NCBI GenBank assembly: GCA_013265495.1
Contig: MU057651.1
Location: 310,001-374,000, forward strand
Length of the DNA: 64,000 bases
Direction of reading: 5' to 3'
Source: Vicugna vicugna
Lineage: Eukaryota
Shown here: piece after piece, positions 26,983 to 39,867 of the stretch
How positions within the stretch are numbered: the first letter of the stretch is position 1
Layout: each line of letters opens with the position of its first letter
Made by a program: the position numbers and the translations under genes
Notes under the pieces: model-generated
The model's input: the letters and a program-made list of their open reading frames with translations, nothing else
Databases searched by the model: none
What the model was told of the DNA's origin: nothing

Positions 26983-27239
26983 CAATTTTGTATAATCAAA
27001 ACTACCTTCAAAAGTAACCTGGGAAGGCACCACATTAGAGACCAACATATCTTCTAACAAGCCAGTCTTGCCTCCAGCACTGGAACACATTACTATTCCT
27101 ATGGCTGAGCACTGGATTTATACATAAAGCTGTCAAACTGTCACACTGTAAAAGTCATATAATATTTGAGAAGAAACAAGAGAGTCACATTTTCTATACC
27201 CCATTCACTCTGGTTGCAGGCTTATTGAATGAGGTGGGA

Positions 27240-27422
27240 TAGGTTGCCAGAATTAGCAAATAAAAAAACAAATAGGAAGCCCAGTTAAATTTGAATACTA
27301 GATAAACAACCAATATATTTTTAGTATAAGTATGTCCCATGCAATAATTTTACTACAGATTTTTGGTTTTTATCTGAATTTCAAATTTGACTTGGTGTCC
27401 TGTATTTTATTTGCTAACTCTA
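27240..27422. mobile_element. MER53 palindromic hAT MITE
   Basis: taggttgccag...cccagttaaatttgaa...tagtataagtatgtcccatgcaat...ttcaaatttgacttggtgtcctgtattttatttgctaactcta, with long inverted arms. Confidence 0.85.
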
Positions 27423-28769
27423 GGCAGGGGACAGAATCGCTAACACTATTTAAATGATCATTCTTCTTTCCTTATTTCTGCTGTTTCTTTTTTCTTCTTT
27501 TCTTTCCTACCATATAGTTGAATTTCTGTAAGTTAAAAATGTATCTAAGGCTTGGCCAATTACATTCCAATGCTGATGAAGGGAAAAATGACAAGAATAC
27601 AAACCGCATGATTCTTTCTAATGTAAATTTCAAAACAAGGCAAAATTTAGCAATGTATTTTAAGAGAAGTATACACATGTTTCAAAATTATAAACAATAA
27701 CAAGGAAATAATTAGCATAAGATCCAGGATTGTGGTCACCCCTGGCTTCTAAGGTATTGGTAATGTACTGTATTTTAACCTGAGTGGTAAATACAGGAGT
27801 GGTTGTTTTATTTTTTATTATTAATCTTTAAACTGTAGTTATGTTTAATCTCTTTTGTGTGAATAATATATTTGACAACAAAAATGAAAAATAATGCTTT
27901 TATAACCCCACTTTATCATATCCTAAAATTATTCCCTATTTGTAGACTATCTGCCCAAGTTCAGTCTTTGACTGAGACATACTATTTTCTAACTCAATGA
28001 AAATGAAAATTTTTAGTTATATTTATTGCTATTTAATGTTGAAATCAAACTTTTATTTTCTTGTCCAGGTGTGTTTGCCAATTTGCAGATGTGCCAGTTT
28101 CTATAAATAGATGTTCTTGTTTTACATAAAGCATAAATATAAATCATCTAACTGTGCCTTATATTTTAACAGATAATAGCTATGTGACAGTTACCAACTG
28201 GATACATGCCATCTGTTAAGTGGCTGTGATATATATCAATCTTTGCTGCTAAATCATAGGTGGCCTATGCAAAATTGCATTTGCACCATTCAACCTTGAA
28301 ATTGGCCATAAGGTACAGGCTCCTACGGAAGTAATATGTTAGACTTCAGAGATTGCATCACATTTTTGGGAAAACATGAACAATGTCCAACAGACAATCC
28401 TAGTAGATTAAGTCCTTGACTTGACTTTTTAGTAGGATCCGATATAATGTTCTTTGCTTTATGCTGAGGTATCAGGAAGCATACCCTAGGAACTTAATAA
28501 TGATACCTTCCATATGGGCAGACCACTTGTCTGTTCTAAACCCCAGTTTCCTCTTCAATAAATTTAAAGGGTTTAACTAAGTGATGCTAACATGTTTTGA
28601 TTCCGTAATTTGAATGACACTTTCCATTTGTCAAAGTGTCTTTACATGCTTTATTCCATTTGATTTCCCAACAACTTTCTGAGATATTTAAGGCAATATA
28701 TTGCGATCCTCATTTTAAAGGTGAGGAAACCAAAGCATGCAAGTCCAAGGCATGACAATTCCAAGGTGT

Positions 28770-29575
28770 GCAATCCAATTCAAACATATTGACCAATGGG
28801 ATAGACTAGAGATCTCAGACACAAACCAATGTATATAATGAAAGTGTTATATAACACCTGATCTGTAACAGAAGTAACATTAAAAAACAGTGGAGTGAGC
28901 TTGGATTATTTAATAAATAATGCTGAAACAAATAATTATCTGTATGGAAAAAATGAAATTGGATCTCTGTTTCACACTATATACAACAATCAATTCCAGA
29001 TGGTTTAGGGGCTTAAGTATAGAAGACAAAACTTTAGGAAAAAAAATAGGGGAATTTTTTTTGTGATCTTGTGGCAGGCAAGGATTTCTTCAACAAGGCA
29101 AAATGTATAAACCATGAAAAGGAAAATATTAAGTTTGACTGCACTAAAATATAATAATTAAAAAAACCCAAGTGGATGGATTAGGGAATCAAGGCTTAAA
29201 TATCTGAATTTTAAAGTTCATTTATATAAAAGCTAAAACTAAAGAGTGTAACAAAAATTTCAAGGGAGAGAGAAGGAGAGGCAGGATTAATGAGTTAGGG
29301 TCTTGGCTGCATCAAGAGAGAAGACAAAGGAGCCAAATTCATCATTTTTCTCTCGTGGGTAGCCTCAATAGATACAGATTGAAGTTGATAAACCAACAAC
29401 TGCAGTAATGGAATTAACCTCAAAAGTCCTAAACACAGAAAAGTCAAAGGTCTGAAGGACTGTGGGAGCAAGGGGCAGGGAGGGAGCATTTTACCTTTTA
29501 TTTTATGCCATTCTGAATGGCTTGAATTTTTATTTCATATTTACATATTTCCTATATCATAAAAACACTTTAATT
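28770..29575 (+). mobile_element. Ancient L1 (L1M/L1ME) fragments
   Basis: aaatgaaattggatctctgtttcacactatatacaacaatcaattccagatgg; ggcaaggatttctt. Confidence 0.7.
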
Positions 29576-30899
29576 AAATGAACAAGACCAACAAATGGGA
29601 CTAGGTTGGAGGCTTTGACCTCATTTTCTAAACAGAACTTTCCATGTTACACAAGATGATCAAGTTGGCAGGTCAGATATTAAGCATTGCATCTGTTAAG
29701 TCTCTGGACAGTTGATTGCACTTTTGAAATAAGGCAGAACCAGGTTGGAAAGTGTTTAAATCCTTCTCTCAAGTCTTCTCTGTTTACATGATTCATAGAG
29801 AACAGATGGCCCAGCTGTCTGTATTTAAGAGAAGTGGGTGGTTCCTGGTTTGCAATCAATGAAGCAATAATTACAACAATTTTAAGTAAACTGGACCCCA
29901 TAAAATGTTTTAATTTGTGAATGAGATGGAGGCACAAAGAGAAGGTAGGCTGATTGAAGTCTAATCTGCAAAATATTCAGGAAAGGGTCTTTAAAATTGA
30001 AGCAGCTAAAATCCTCTCCAACCCTCCCTCTCGAATATGCTGGGAAAATGAACTTTGTCCTTGAGTGCTCTGGAACACACAACCTAACCGATGTAACAGT
30101 GTGGCTGTCATTTTGTTCAAAATTCTCATATTCCCTTCTCATCAAGGCCCAGGAAACACTACTGCTGCTTTGAGTTGACCTTGAGAGCTGGGGAGAAGAG
30201 AGATCTTTATTTCTACCTCTGGATACCCTTAGCATGTTGAAATGTTATTCTTTGAATACTATTAACCCACTCCCTCCTGAGAATGCCTTTTCGTGCCTGC
30301 TCTCAAATGAGTGTTGCATACATGTGGAAAAGGAAGGAGTTGCAAGGATTAAAAGCAATGATGAAAAAAAAAAGCAATGATGAAAATTAATTGTGCTCAC
30401 TTTGTGGGGCTTCAGAACGTATAAATACACTCACACCATTCTTAGCCTTTTATTTATTGAGTATTTAAAATGTCTTATCAGCATGTTAATAGCAGTTTTA
30501 AAGGGCAGGTTCCCAGCTGGTAATGTGTGCTTAATGACCCAGTTCGTTCAATACAGAGCTGCATATTTCAGCTGTGCCTATATGATTGTAGCAGATTTGT
30601 TCACTTCAATTGACTATAGTTCGGTAGGATGGTCAGCATTCTGCTGGATGGGCAATGGCGAGGGATGGAATTATGACAGCCATCTACTTTTTCTGGACTT
30701 TTTGCCTTAGGCTGATGTTGGGATATTGCAGAAAGGTCTCCTTTAGAGGGAGGGAGTAGCTCTTCCTAATACGGAAGATCTTAGTCCATAAACTATAGAT
30801 GTGGAGGAGGCCTGACTGCTGAATAACATTTAAACTTCCTAATCTGCCACTTCCTGCTGCTTCTTCCTTATACCCTGTACTCAAGCCACATTGGACTAT

Positions 30900-31091
30900 T
30901 AGTGGCTCTCAGTGAGCTTTTTACCACCTTCTTGGTGGGTGTTTGGAAATGTGTGATAGTGATTTTGGTTGTCATAGAGCCTGGAAGACTCTACTGGCAT
31001 TTATGGGTGGGAGCTGGAGAGGTTAAACATCTTAAGATATACAACATAGAACTGTCCCACTCAATGGAGTGCTCCATTGAGACACACTGGA
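30900..31091. mobile_element. MER20/MER20B-like hAT MITE
   Basis: tttggaaatgtgtg...ttttggttgtca...ctactggcattta...ttgagacacactg. Confidence 0.65.
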
Positions 31092-31210
31092 CCAATTCCC
31101 AAGAAGGCAACATTAAAGGAAACAACTTTACTCACATATAATTCAAACACTATGTAATTCACCCATTTGAAGTTTATAATTCAATGGCTTTTATTAAAGG
31201 CCTTGCTTTT

Positions 31211-31338
31211 TTTTTTTGTCTGGGGGGAGGTAATTAGATTTATTTACTTATTTATTTTTAACAGAGGTACTGGAGATTGAACCCAGGACCTTGTACATGC
31301 TAAGCATGTGCTCTACCACTGAGCTACACCCTCCCGCC
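31211..31338 (-). mobile_element. Camelid tRNA-Ala-derived SINE (vic-1 type)
   Basis: Minus strand reads GGCGGGAGGGTGTAGCTCAGTGGTAGAGCACATGCTTAGCATGTACAAGGTCCTGGGTTCAATCTCCAG (A and B boxes, AGC anticodon), then an AT-rich segment, CCCCCC and poly(A). Perfect TSD AAGGCCTTGCTTTT at 31197-31210 and 31339-31352. Confidence 0.9.
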
Positions 31339-31522
31339 AAGGCCTTGCTTTTGAATACTTCCATGTCTTTGCTCAATTTCTGCCTATGATCTTTCCGCCT
31401 ATAATCTCTTTTCCTCTCTTGTCCACCTGAAAATGTGAGGCTAATTCTAAAAATTTCAGCTTAAGTGACATCACTTATGGTTCTTTTCCAGGTTATGCAA
31501 AGAAAACTTAGTTTCTCTAGGG

Positions 31523-31718
31523 CAGGAGTCAGCAGGCTTTTTCTGTAAAGGGCCATGTAGTAAATATTTTTGGCTTTGCAAGCTATGGTCTCCATTGCAA
31601 CAAATCCACCATTATAGTACAAAACTATTCGTAAACCATAAGCAAATGAAAGGGTGTGTCTGTGTGCCAATAAACTTTATTCACAAACACTGGTGACAAG
31701 CAGTTTACCAACTTCTGC
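31523..31718. mobile_element. MER58A hAT MITE
   Basis: caggagtcagcaggctttttctgtaaagggcc...gtaaatatttttggctttgc...ccaataaactttattcacaaa. Confidence 0.85.
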
Positions 31719-32265
31719 ACCAAATTACTTTGTTCATACTTTGATTACATCATTCAACACATTGTAAAGCATTTAGTAGTATATATTTTTACCCCCTCCA
31801 TGAAACAAGAATATCTTTTTTTTATCATGGTAACCACAATGATTAATACAGTGCTGGGAACATAGTAGATGATCACTTCAAACTGGTTGATTGGCTGAAT
31901 GCTGGTGCAGAAAGCACTGGGAGCAGTATTTCTAGCTTGCTACCAAAATAATCAAAACTTTTGGCTGTATCAAATGCAATTCACCTTGTATAAAAACTTG
32001 CTCACTTTAGCAAATCCTGGGTTTTGGCATCAAATCTTAAGTCCCTTGATTTGGCCAATGCTGGAGAAATGTTATAATACTAGCTCACTGAAACTAATCA
32101 AAATCAGGATACACACTGCCTGAAACAGAACCATTCAATAAAAGTATGTGGAATTGTATTTCAGTAATAGAAATTATCCTTGTTGAGATCTTTTCTTTGC
32201 ACAAATAAAATGTGTAATAAGCAAAGTTTAACTATCTTCCCATCCTCCCCTTCCCACTGCTTCTG

Positions 32266-32350
32266 AAAAGAAAGAATGAAAAGAAAAGAGAGAGAGGGAG
32301 GGAGGAAGGATGGAAGAGGGAGGGAGGGAGGAAGAAAGGAAGGAGGGAAA
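32266..32350. repeat. (GAAA/GGGA/GGAA)n purine microsatellite
   Basis: Seen directly in the sequence. Confidence 0.85.
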
Positions 32351-33968
32351 ATGAATGAAAGACCTTAAAAAATTTTTTTAGCATAATAAGGCCGGGGCAC
32401 TTATTTACAAGAAATAGAGTCCTAGTTATGTTACAAAGGGAAGTGAATATCTCAGAACCAGAGAAGGGTCTGTTTAATCACAGACATTTGGGGGGGAAGT
32501 GGTGAACAAGCCCACAGACTTGAGTAGAAAATCATCATTGTACAACATCCCCTTTGTGACCAGTGCTTACCTCTGAGACAGCCTACCTTGGCCTCTGCAG
32601 ACCAGCAGGAAATGACAAAAGGAGAAAATATATTGACATTCAGTGGATCCCTGAGACTGTAAAATGTTCAAGTCAGGGGGGAAGTTGATGGGTCTTGAGG
32701 CTTGATTATTGCTGAGGGGAGAAATGACTGAGAGAAGGGGTAAGTGAGGTAGAAAGGAGAGGGAAAGGATTGAGGACTGTGGGAAGGGAGAAGGAAGGGG
32801 GAACTTCATATGAAAAACTCTCCAAAGTCTTAGGGGTTATCCAGTTGGGACCACCCTATTCCACTTCCCAGGCCTACAAAATAAGATTCATCCCTTGTGT
32901 GGTATGAAACACTGAAGTACCTAGGCCAGGATCGCAATGTCCAATTTCAGACCCCAACATATCAACTTCAGATGGCTTTGGACCAAGAACAGCTTAACCT
33001 TCCCTGGGGTTCAGTGAATAATTGCTCCAGGGGAAGACAGGGAAGCTAGTATCCCCCTCCTTCTTGGCAGATGTCGTTGTGGGCACTTGGACAGAGAGGA
33101 GTATCTATACCCAGACAATAATTAGCTGGAGAACATCGCTAGCTGAAAACATGCTCTGTGGGACAAAAAAAACAACAACCTACCACAAGAGTTTCGCTAG
33201 TATTTTGCTAGGTTTCTAAAAACACAACACTCACCAGAACAACATCCTTGCCTATGGTCGGGGAGATAGACCTACACATAGGATGTTCCATTACAATGTG
33301 ATAGGTATGATAATAGAGGTATACTTCAAAGGGTGGTGGAGTAGGTGACATTCAAGTAGGATCTTGAAGGATGGAAAATTAACTCTCTAGGAAGAGAGGT
33401 AGGAGGGCTTTCTAGACAAAGGGAACAAAAAAGTACAGAGTCCCCAAAGTACAAAGGGTGAAGTTGAGCCCTTCCAATAACTTGTGGCTGGAGCAGGGAG
33501 TAGGAGGGAAAGGGAGGGAAGAGGAGGAAGAGAAGCAGGGGAGGAACCAGGAGATAAGACTGGGGTTGTATAACCTTGATCAAGAGCCTTGCTGAGTGGT
33601 TTAGCTTTTCTTCTGTAGACCAGCATGGAGAAAAGCAGCCTGATTATTCATTATATGAGCACACAGTTTTTTCTTTTTTAATTCAAATTTGAATGTCTTT
33701 AAACAGGGCTCACACTCTTCAACTATTGAACTCACCACTCAAAATTGCATTGCATTTCACAATTTCACACTTTTACATGACTTGCCTTGCCCATAGAGGC
33801 TGTTAAGTTTGTGATTTCCACCTTAGAATGGGGAACCACTCAGGTAATGAAGGTGAATAGGTACTTTTACAAAGTATTTCTAATGGCACTGGGAAGAGAG
33901 GAAGGAAAAAGGGAAGTAAGAACATCAGTCAGATTCTACTTCAGTGGTTCAAATAAAAGATAATAAGG

Positions 33969-34385
33969 AGTCCATCAACTGATGAATGGATAAACAAAAT
34001 GTGGTATATCCATACACTAGAATACTATTCAGTCATAAAAAGTAACGAAGCACTAATTCATGCTACAACATGGATGAGCCTTGAAAAAATTATGCTAAGT
34101 GAAAGAAGTCAGTCAAAAGACCACATATTATATGATTCCATTTATATGAAATGTCCAGAATAGGCAAATTCATAGAGACAGAAAGTAGATTAGTAGTAGC
34201 CAGGGCTTTAGGGAGGGAAGAATGGGGAGTCACTGCTAATGGGTATGGGGTTTCTTTTGAGTGTGATGAAAACATTCTAAAATTAAATTGTGAGGATGGT
34301 TGCAGAAGTCTACGAATATACTAAAAACCATTGTATTGTGTACTATTTGAATGGGCGAATTTTATCTCAGTAAAGCTGTTTTTTT
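33969..34385 (+). mobile_element. L1MB-type 3'UTR fragment within L2 remnants
   Basis: gtccatcaactgatgaatggataaacaaaatgtgg...gaaagtagattagt...tatctcagtaaagctgtt. Confidence 0.9.
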
Positions 34386-35519
34386 TTTAAGAGAGATAGT
34401 GTGGGCCTGCATTAAGGCATTAGTAGTGAGAGTGGAGAGGAAGGAGTGGTGGATACGTTCAAAAGACACTCAGAGGCATGTGAGCGAAACAGTTACAGGA
34501 CTTGAATTCAGGTACTCTAAAACAGTCAGAGTATATCCAGAAGTAAAGCAGTAAGAGTTCCTGGCATATAGTAAGTACTCAAGATATATTAACTGTTAAT
34601 ATTTTCACTCTCTCCTATAACTGGAGTTTTCTCCAGAACTTTCTGTACTTGGTGCTGGTTTCTATCTTTACCATATCAAGTGTGTTAGAAAGAGCATTAA
34701 ACTTTGAATTAAGAAATTTGAATTTTAGATCTGGATTTAGTACATGCTATGTAATCCTGGACCTTAATTTCTTCATCAGTAGACTCAGGGAGTTGGCTAG
34801 AATTGTGTTTTTCAAATAGTGCTGCGCAACTGCTTCAAAGTCCAAAGGGATAGAGGAGGTGGTTGGTTCTTCTTTCTTGCTCTACCAAGTTCTACTGATG
34901 TTTGTTTTATATATTGGAATTTTGAACAGGAGTTTGCTTGGAGAAAAAGTTCTGTGGTTAGAAAAAAATGGAAAACCATTGGAACAAATAAAATCTCTAA
35001 ATTTCCTTCCAGAAAAAAAATTATGAATTAAAACATTGAAGTAAGTATGCATGTATGTATATATAATCCATACATGTGCAAATATTTAAAATATACATTG
35101 ACAGAAGGTGAATGAAGGGACAGTGGTCCAAACATAAACATAAATGAGTGGAATGAGCCTGCAGTAACAGAGCCAGGAAAGCTAACACCCAGAATGATTT
35201 AAGGATTTTAGAAATTACTAAGAACAACAACCTCCCCACACCTCCAAAGAAGGAGGATATATGTCTGTGGATTAAGATCAATAATGTCATAGCATGATGT
35301 TAATAACTATAGGGAGAATATAGAATTGCTCAGCTTCCATCTTTTCTGTCCAGGAGAATGATGATTAGATTTAAAAGAATCGCCAAACATTGATATGATG
35401 GAATTTAAAAGGATGGAAGGATGGAAACTACTAGAGCAACTAGCTACTGTAGATAAGGTCAAGACATCTGGTTTACAAGAGATCCATATCAGAGTATTGA
35501 GAAAAATTACGCATAGCTC

Positions 35520-35922
35520 ATTAGTGTGATGGAGTGGAAAGAGCAGGTCCTTTGGAGCCAAGGGCTGGCTTTGAATCTTAGCTTCACACATTTCTAGCTG
35601 TGTGAACTTGGACACCCATTGAACTTTTATGAGCTTCAGTTTCCTAATCTATAAAATGGGAGTAATAATACATACCTTAACAGAGTTGTTGTAAAGATAA
35701 AATTAGTCCAGATGAGGCTAAGGCAGTGGTCTACAACTTTGGCGATGCATCAAAAATCACCTGGAAAACCTTTTTTTAACTTTTTTTTTTAATGTGAATA
35801 CCTGTGCCCCACTTCCAGAGACTCTTATTCAGTAGCTCTGGGGATGGGACTGTGTTATCTAAATTTTTTTTAAAAAACATTCCTTTAGTAATTCTGATTC
35901 ACAATCATGATTGAGAAGCACG
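35520..35922. mobile_element. MIR with an inserted MER5A (~35724-35922)
   Basis: MIR core gcttcagtttcctaatctataaaatggg; cagtggtc...aatcacctgg...ttgagaagcac. Confidence 0.75.
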
Positions 35923-36035
35923 TGGGTAGGTACTCTGGGCAGGTTGAACAGCAGGGTAGGTGTCAATGAAGAGATAAAAATAGCAATTAAGGTATTTTAT
36001 CTGTCTGCATTATTGTGCACGCACAGACGACACAT

Positions 36036-36136
36036 TTACATATATAGAAGTATATATGTATACATACGTGTGTGTGTATACATATATGTATATATGTGTA
36101 TATATATGTGTGTGTATATATGCATATATATATATG
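36036..36136. repeat. (TA/TG)n compound microsatellite
   Basis: Seen directly in the sequence. Confidence 0.9.
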
Positions 36137-37629
36137 ATATTATGAGATTATGGGTCACTGTAAATGTTTTCTTTTCATTTTGCTATGTTATAAAATTTGT
36201 ACAACTTAAAAGTAGGTTTCCCCCTTAAAGTCAAGTGTGACTGTGAAAGATTGTTATAAATTGTAAAGCACTCTGTAAAAAAAAAAAGAAAAAATAGCAA
36301 TTATTAATAAACAATAGACATCATTGCTCCTGTTAAAGATATTAGACAGCTAAATCCATCAGCATTAAAGACCTTTTCAATGTTTTCAGGCAGCCTGCTT
36401 TGGAAGTTTTGCAATCTTTCATCTCATTAACTTTCCCTTTCTCTTGGGTCTTGTTTGGCTGTTCTGTCATTCAGAGTGATAGTGATACTTAACTGTACAT
36501 TTAGTTACCACCGCTGCAAACTGCATAGTGTGCCTTTGTGTAGGGGGAGGAGGGTGGAGCTGCTGATGCTGCTGATGGGATGGAAACCCCAAGGGAAAAA
36601 GCTCAGATTAAGGAATGTGTTTCCAAAATCTCGAGCAGAGCCATGCGTCTGCTAATCAGTTACACGCCAGCCAGGTGGAACCTCACTGCAGAATCTGTCA
36701 CTTGTTGTCTGCAGTTGTTTACTTGTAGATCAACCCATGCCCATCTCACAATTGTGTGTGTTGACCCAATGCTGAATTTCACCAACTGTCAAATTGAGAG
36801 GGCAAGAAAGACACCAGCTACCCAGTTGCATGAGGCTGACCTGACTTATACCAAAGGGCTCTCTCTCTTTCTCCATTAATTAGTTTAGAGCATCCTAAAT
36901 TTTAAACTCCATCTTGATGCTTCTCATTAATGTCTACTGATTAACCTTTCGGCAAAAAAACACCAAGACAGGACAATCATGAGTCTTGGTCAGATTGCTC
37001 TATAGGCGTAACACAGAGAGAGGAGGCTTCCTACAGGGAGATGCCAACTGGGAAGTTTTACAGACTCGATAAACAACTTTGGAAGCTCTGATTCTCACTT
37101 TCATTTAAAATCTAATGCTTCAAGGTCTTATGCTTCTGAGTGAGTGGGCTCTTTGAAGTTATGACACTATTCTCTGTCATGGATGAGTTTATACTTAGTG
37201 GTCAAAGCAGTAAAGGCAAAGAGTGTGTGATCTGAAGGACACCAAGAAGCTCCCCTCTTTCCCCAAACCTTCCCCTGCAAAAATTCATCACATCACTTAG
37301 TTCTAATATTTTCCAGGATCAGAAATTAATTTAAATGAATGTGACCTTCTTTTAAAATGCAGAGCCCTGAGATGATTGAAGAGCTTTCAGTCATCCCTAC
37401 CTTAGCTTGAATTAGTTGAAGCAGATTGCTTTCCACCTTGTATTTAGTTGAATCTACACTATAAAGACCAGTAATTTTAATGATGAACAGGAAGAATGGA
37501 AACCTAATTTGCAAATAAGGGAAATGAAAGAAACTTTTGATGGAGAGGAATGAAACAGAAGCCAACTAGAGAACAGAATTTGGGAGAGGAATACAAGGAA
37601 GTTGGGTACATTCCTAGGTTTGTTTGTTT

Positions 37630-38058
37630 AGTTTTTTAAATTGTGGTATAGTCAGTTTACAGTGTTGCATCAATTTCTGGTGTACAGCATCATGTTTCAG
37701 TCATACATGTACATACATATATTCCTTTTCATATCCTTTTTCATTATGGGTTACTACAAGGTATTGAATATAGTGCCCTGTATATACAGTAGAAACTTGT
37801 TTATCTATTTTATATATAGTAGTTAGTGTCTGCAAATCTCAGACTCCCAGTTTATCCCTCCACCCCACCCTGTTTCCCCCTAATAACCGTAAGTTTGTTT
37901 TCTATGTCTGTGAATCTGTTTCTGTTTTGTAAATAAGTTCATTTGTGTCTTTTTTTTCAGATTCTACATATAAGTGATATCATTTGGTAATTTGCTTTCT
38001 CTTTCTGGCTTACTTCACTTAGAATGATGATCTCCAGGTCCATCCACGTTGCTGCATA
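37630..38058 (-). mobile_element. Artiodactyl/camelid-type L1 3'UTR fragment
   Basis: T-rich tail, caatttctggtgtacagc, ttactacaaggtattgaatatagtgccctgt, tggcttacttcacttagaatga; degenerate TSD tcctaggttt/tcctaagttt. Confidence 0.85.
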
Positions 38059-39329
38059 TCAATCCTAAGTTTTAAAAGAAACAAATGCATTTCTTTTCAG
38101 GGTTTGCATTAACCTCTCACCAGTATTTACTGGCCTTTGGCTCCATATTTTTTTAAATTATTGTCAGCAGCAAACAGAGGAAATCATTTCATCAGAATGT
38201 CTCAAATATTCATAAGAACATCAGAGCCTTCCTCTATGGTTGAACTACAAGGCTCCTGCTAGCTATCCTTGCCTTTGACTCCCTCTACTGCTTCCACATG
38301 GCTGTGCCCACATCCAATACCCAGGTTGCTCTGCTAAGCAACGCTTGGCTGGCACAAGGGATCTGTTGCTATTAGGCTCTTTCTCCCCTGCCCTTTTGTT
38401 TCTTAGGTTTGCCATGCTGGGGAATGAGGGATTTGAGGAGAGAAGATTTTCCATCTAAGGCTTTAGCCCCTAAACTCCATTTAAATGCTCAAGTCCTAAA
38501 ATCTGTCTCTCCTGAGTTAAGAAATGGACTAAATAGCAGAGAGTGTGGGGGTGAGGCCTACATATCAATTTGTCCTAAATGGTTTCACTAAAGGCCTTCC
38601 TAGAGACTAAGGTGTAAACTAGGATACAGTTGGATGAGGGCCCCTGCTAGCTCCTCTGGTTCTAATGGACAGATTGCTCTGTTTCCTTTTCAGGCTGTCA
38701 TTATGGGGTTGGTTGCCCTGATTCCCAGTCTGCTCCCAACTGCAGCAGTTTCAGTAATGATTTCCCTAAACTCAAGCTTTGAGAAGACTGGCAGCAGGCA
38801 GACTGCTTTCCTTGCAATCAACCCAAAGCGACCTCCCTAGAACCAGATCCCATTAGGGATCAGACTGTGTCCGAGGGGACTGGAGACAGGCCCAGCATGG
38901 TTGTGCATATACAGCTCTGACTCATTCCCCTAGTTGTTTCTAATAAGCTAAGCCTAGGAGCAGAGAGAAATAGACTTTTAAGGGAAAAAAAGGAGGCAAT
39001 GTCATTGCACTGGTTTCCCACGAAACTGTTATCCCACACAATCTACATGTTTTCTGTTTAACTAAGAAGGGCTTTACTTTTCACAATGTCAAATGCATTT
39101 GAAAAGCAACTGTTTATTCATATATCCACCCAGGAAAATTGTAGACTCCAGCTTATTAGGTGAGAATTTCCATTCCCGTCTGGTTTACAGAGGATACTCA
39201 CTCCAGCTCCAAGTAAATGCTTGACTTACTTAAATCTTGCAAACCAAGGATCTGGAGGCAATGTCATAAGTATTTGAATATAAATGCCACTGGATGGAGG
39301 ACCCTAAAGTACTTCTACGTGATGCTGTA

Positions 39330-39570
39330 ATGCTGGTTGACATTTATGGAATTCTATGTGTCAGGCACGTTTCCAAGCACTTTACATGAGTTAATTCATT
39401 CAGTCTTTATAAGAACCCTAGGAACTAGGTACTATTATTATCCTCTCTTTACAAATGAGAAGATTGAATCACTGAGAGCCAAGTAACTTGTCTAAGATCA
39501 GATAGAGTGGTCAAACTGGGAATTGAAAGCATGTAGTCTAGCTCCAGAGCTTGCACTTTTTAATACTATG
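39330..39570 (-). mobile_element. MIR SINE
   Basis: tatgtgtcaggcac...taggtactattattatcctctctttacaaatgaga. Confidence 0.8.
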
Positions 39571-39867
39571 CCATGGAGGCTTCTATGACACCAACCACAC
39601 AATAGGCACTTTTGAACTAGAAAATGTGGCTGTAAAGAAATTAAGTAGATTTTAAGATGAATGTGAACTGGTGTTTTTAGTGCTCCTCAGAGTCATCACC
39701 TCCAGAGGCTACACTGATTCCTGTAATGCTGTCGTAGATAGTCCCTTTAAGAAGAATTTTCTCATGTAGTCTTCACAACAACCTTGTGGGATAGATAGAA
39801 TGGCTGTTATTATTCCCATCTGAGAAATAAAGCCAATGGGGCTCAGGGAGGTTAAATGACTTGCCCC

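Noticed and set aside
31260..31338. tRNA-Ala-like sequence
   Set aside because: It is the head of a SINE with a tail, poly(A) and TSD, and the acceptor stem is not intact.
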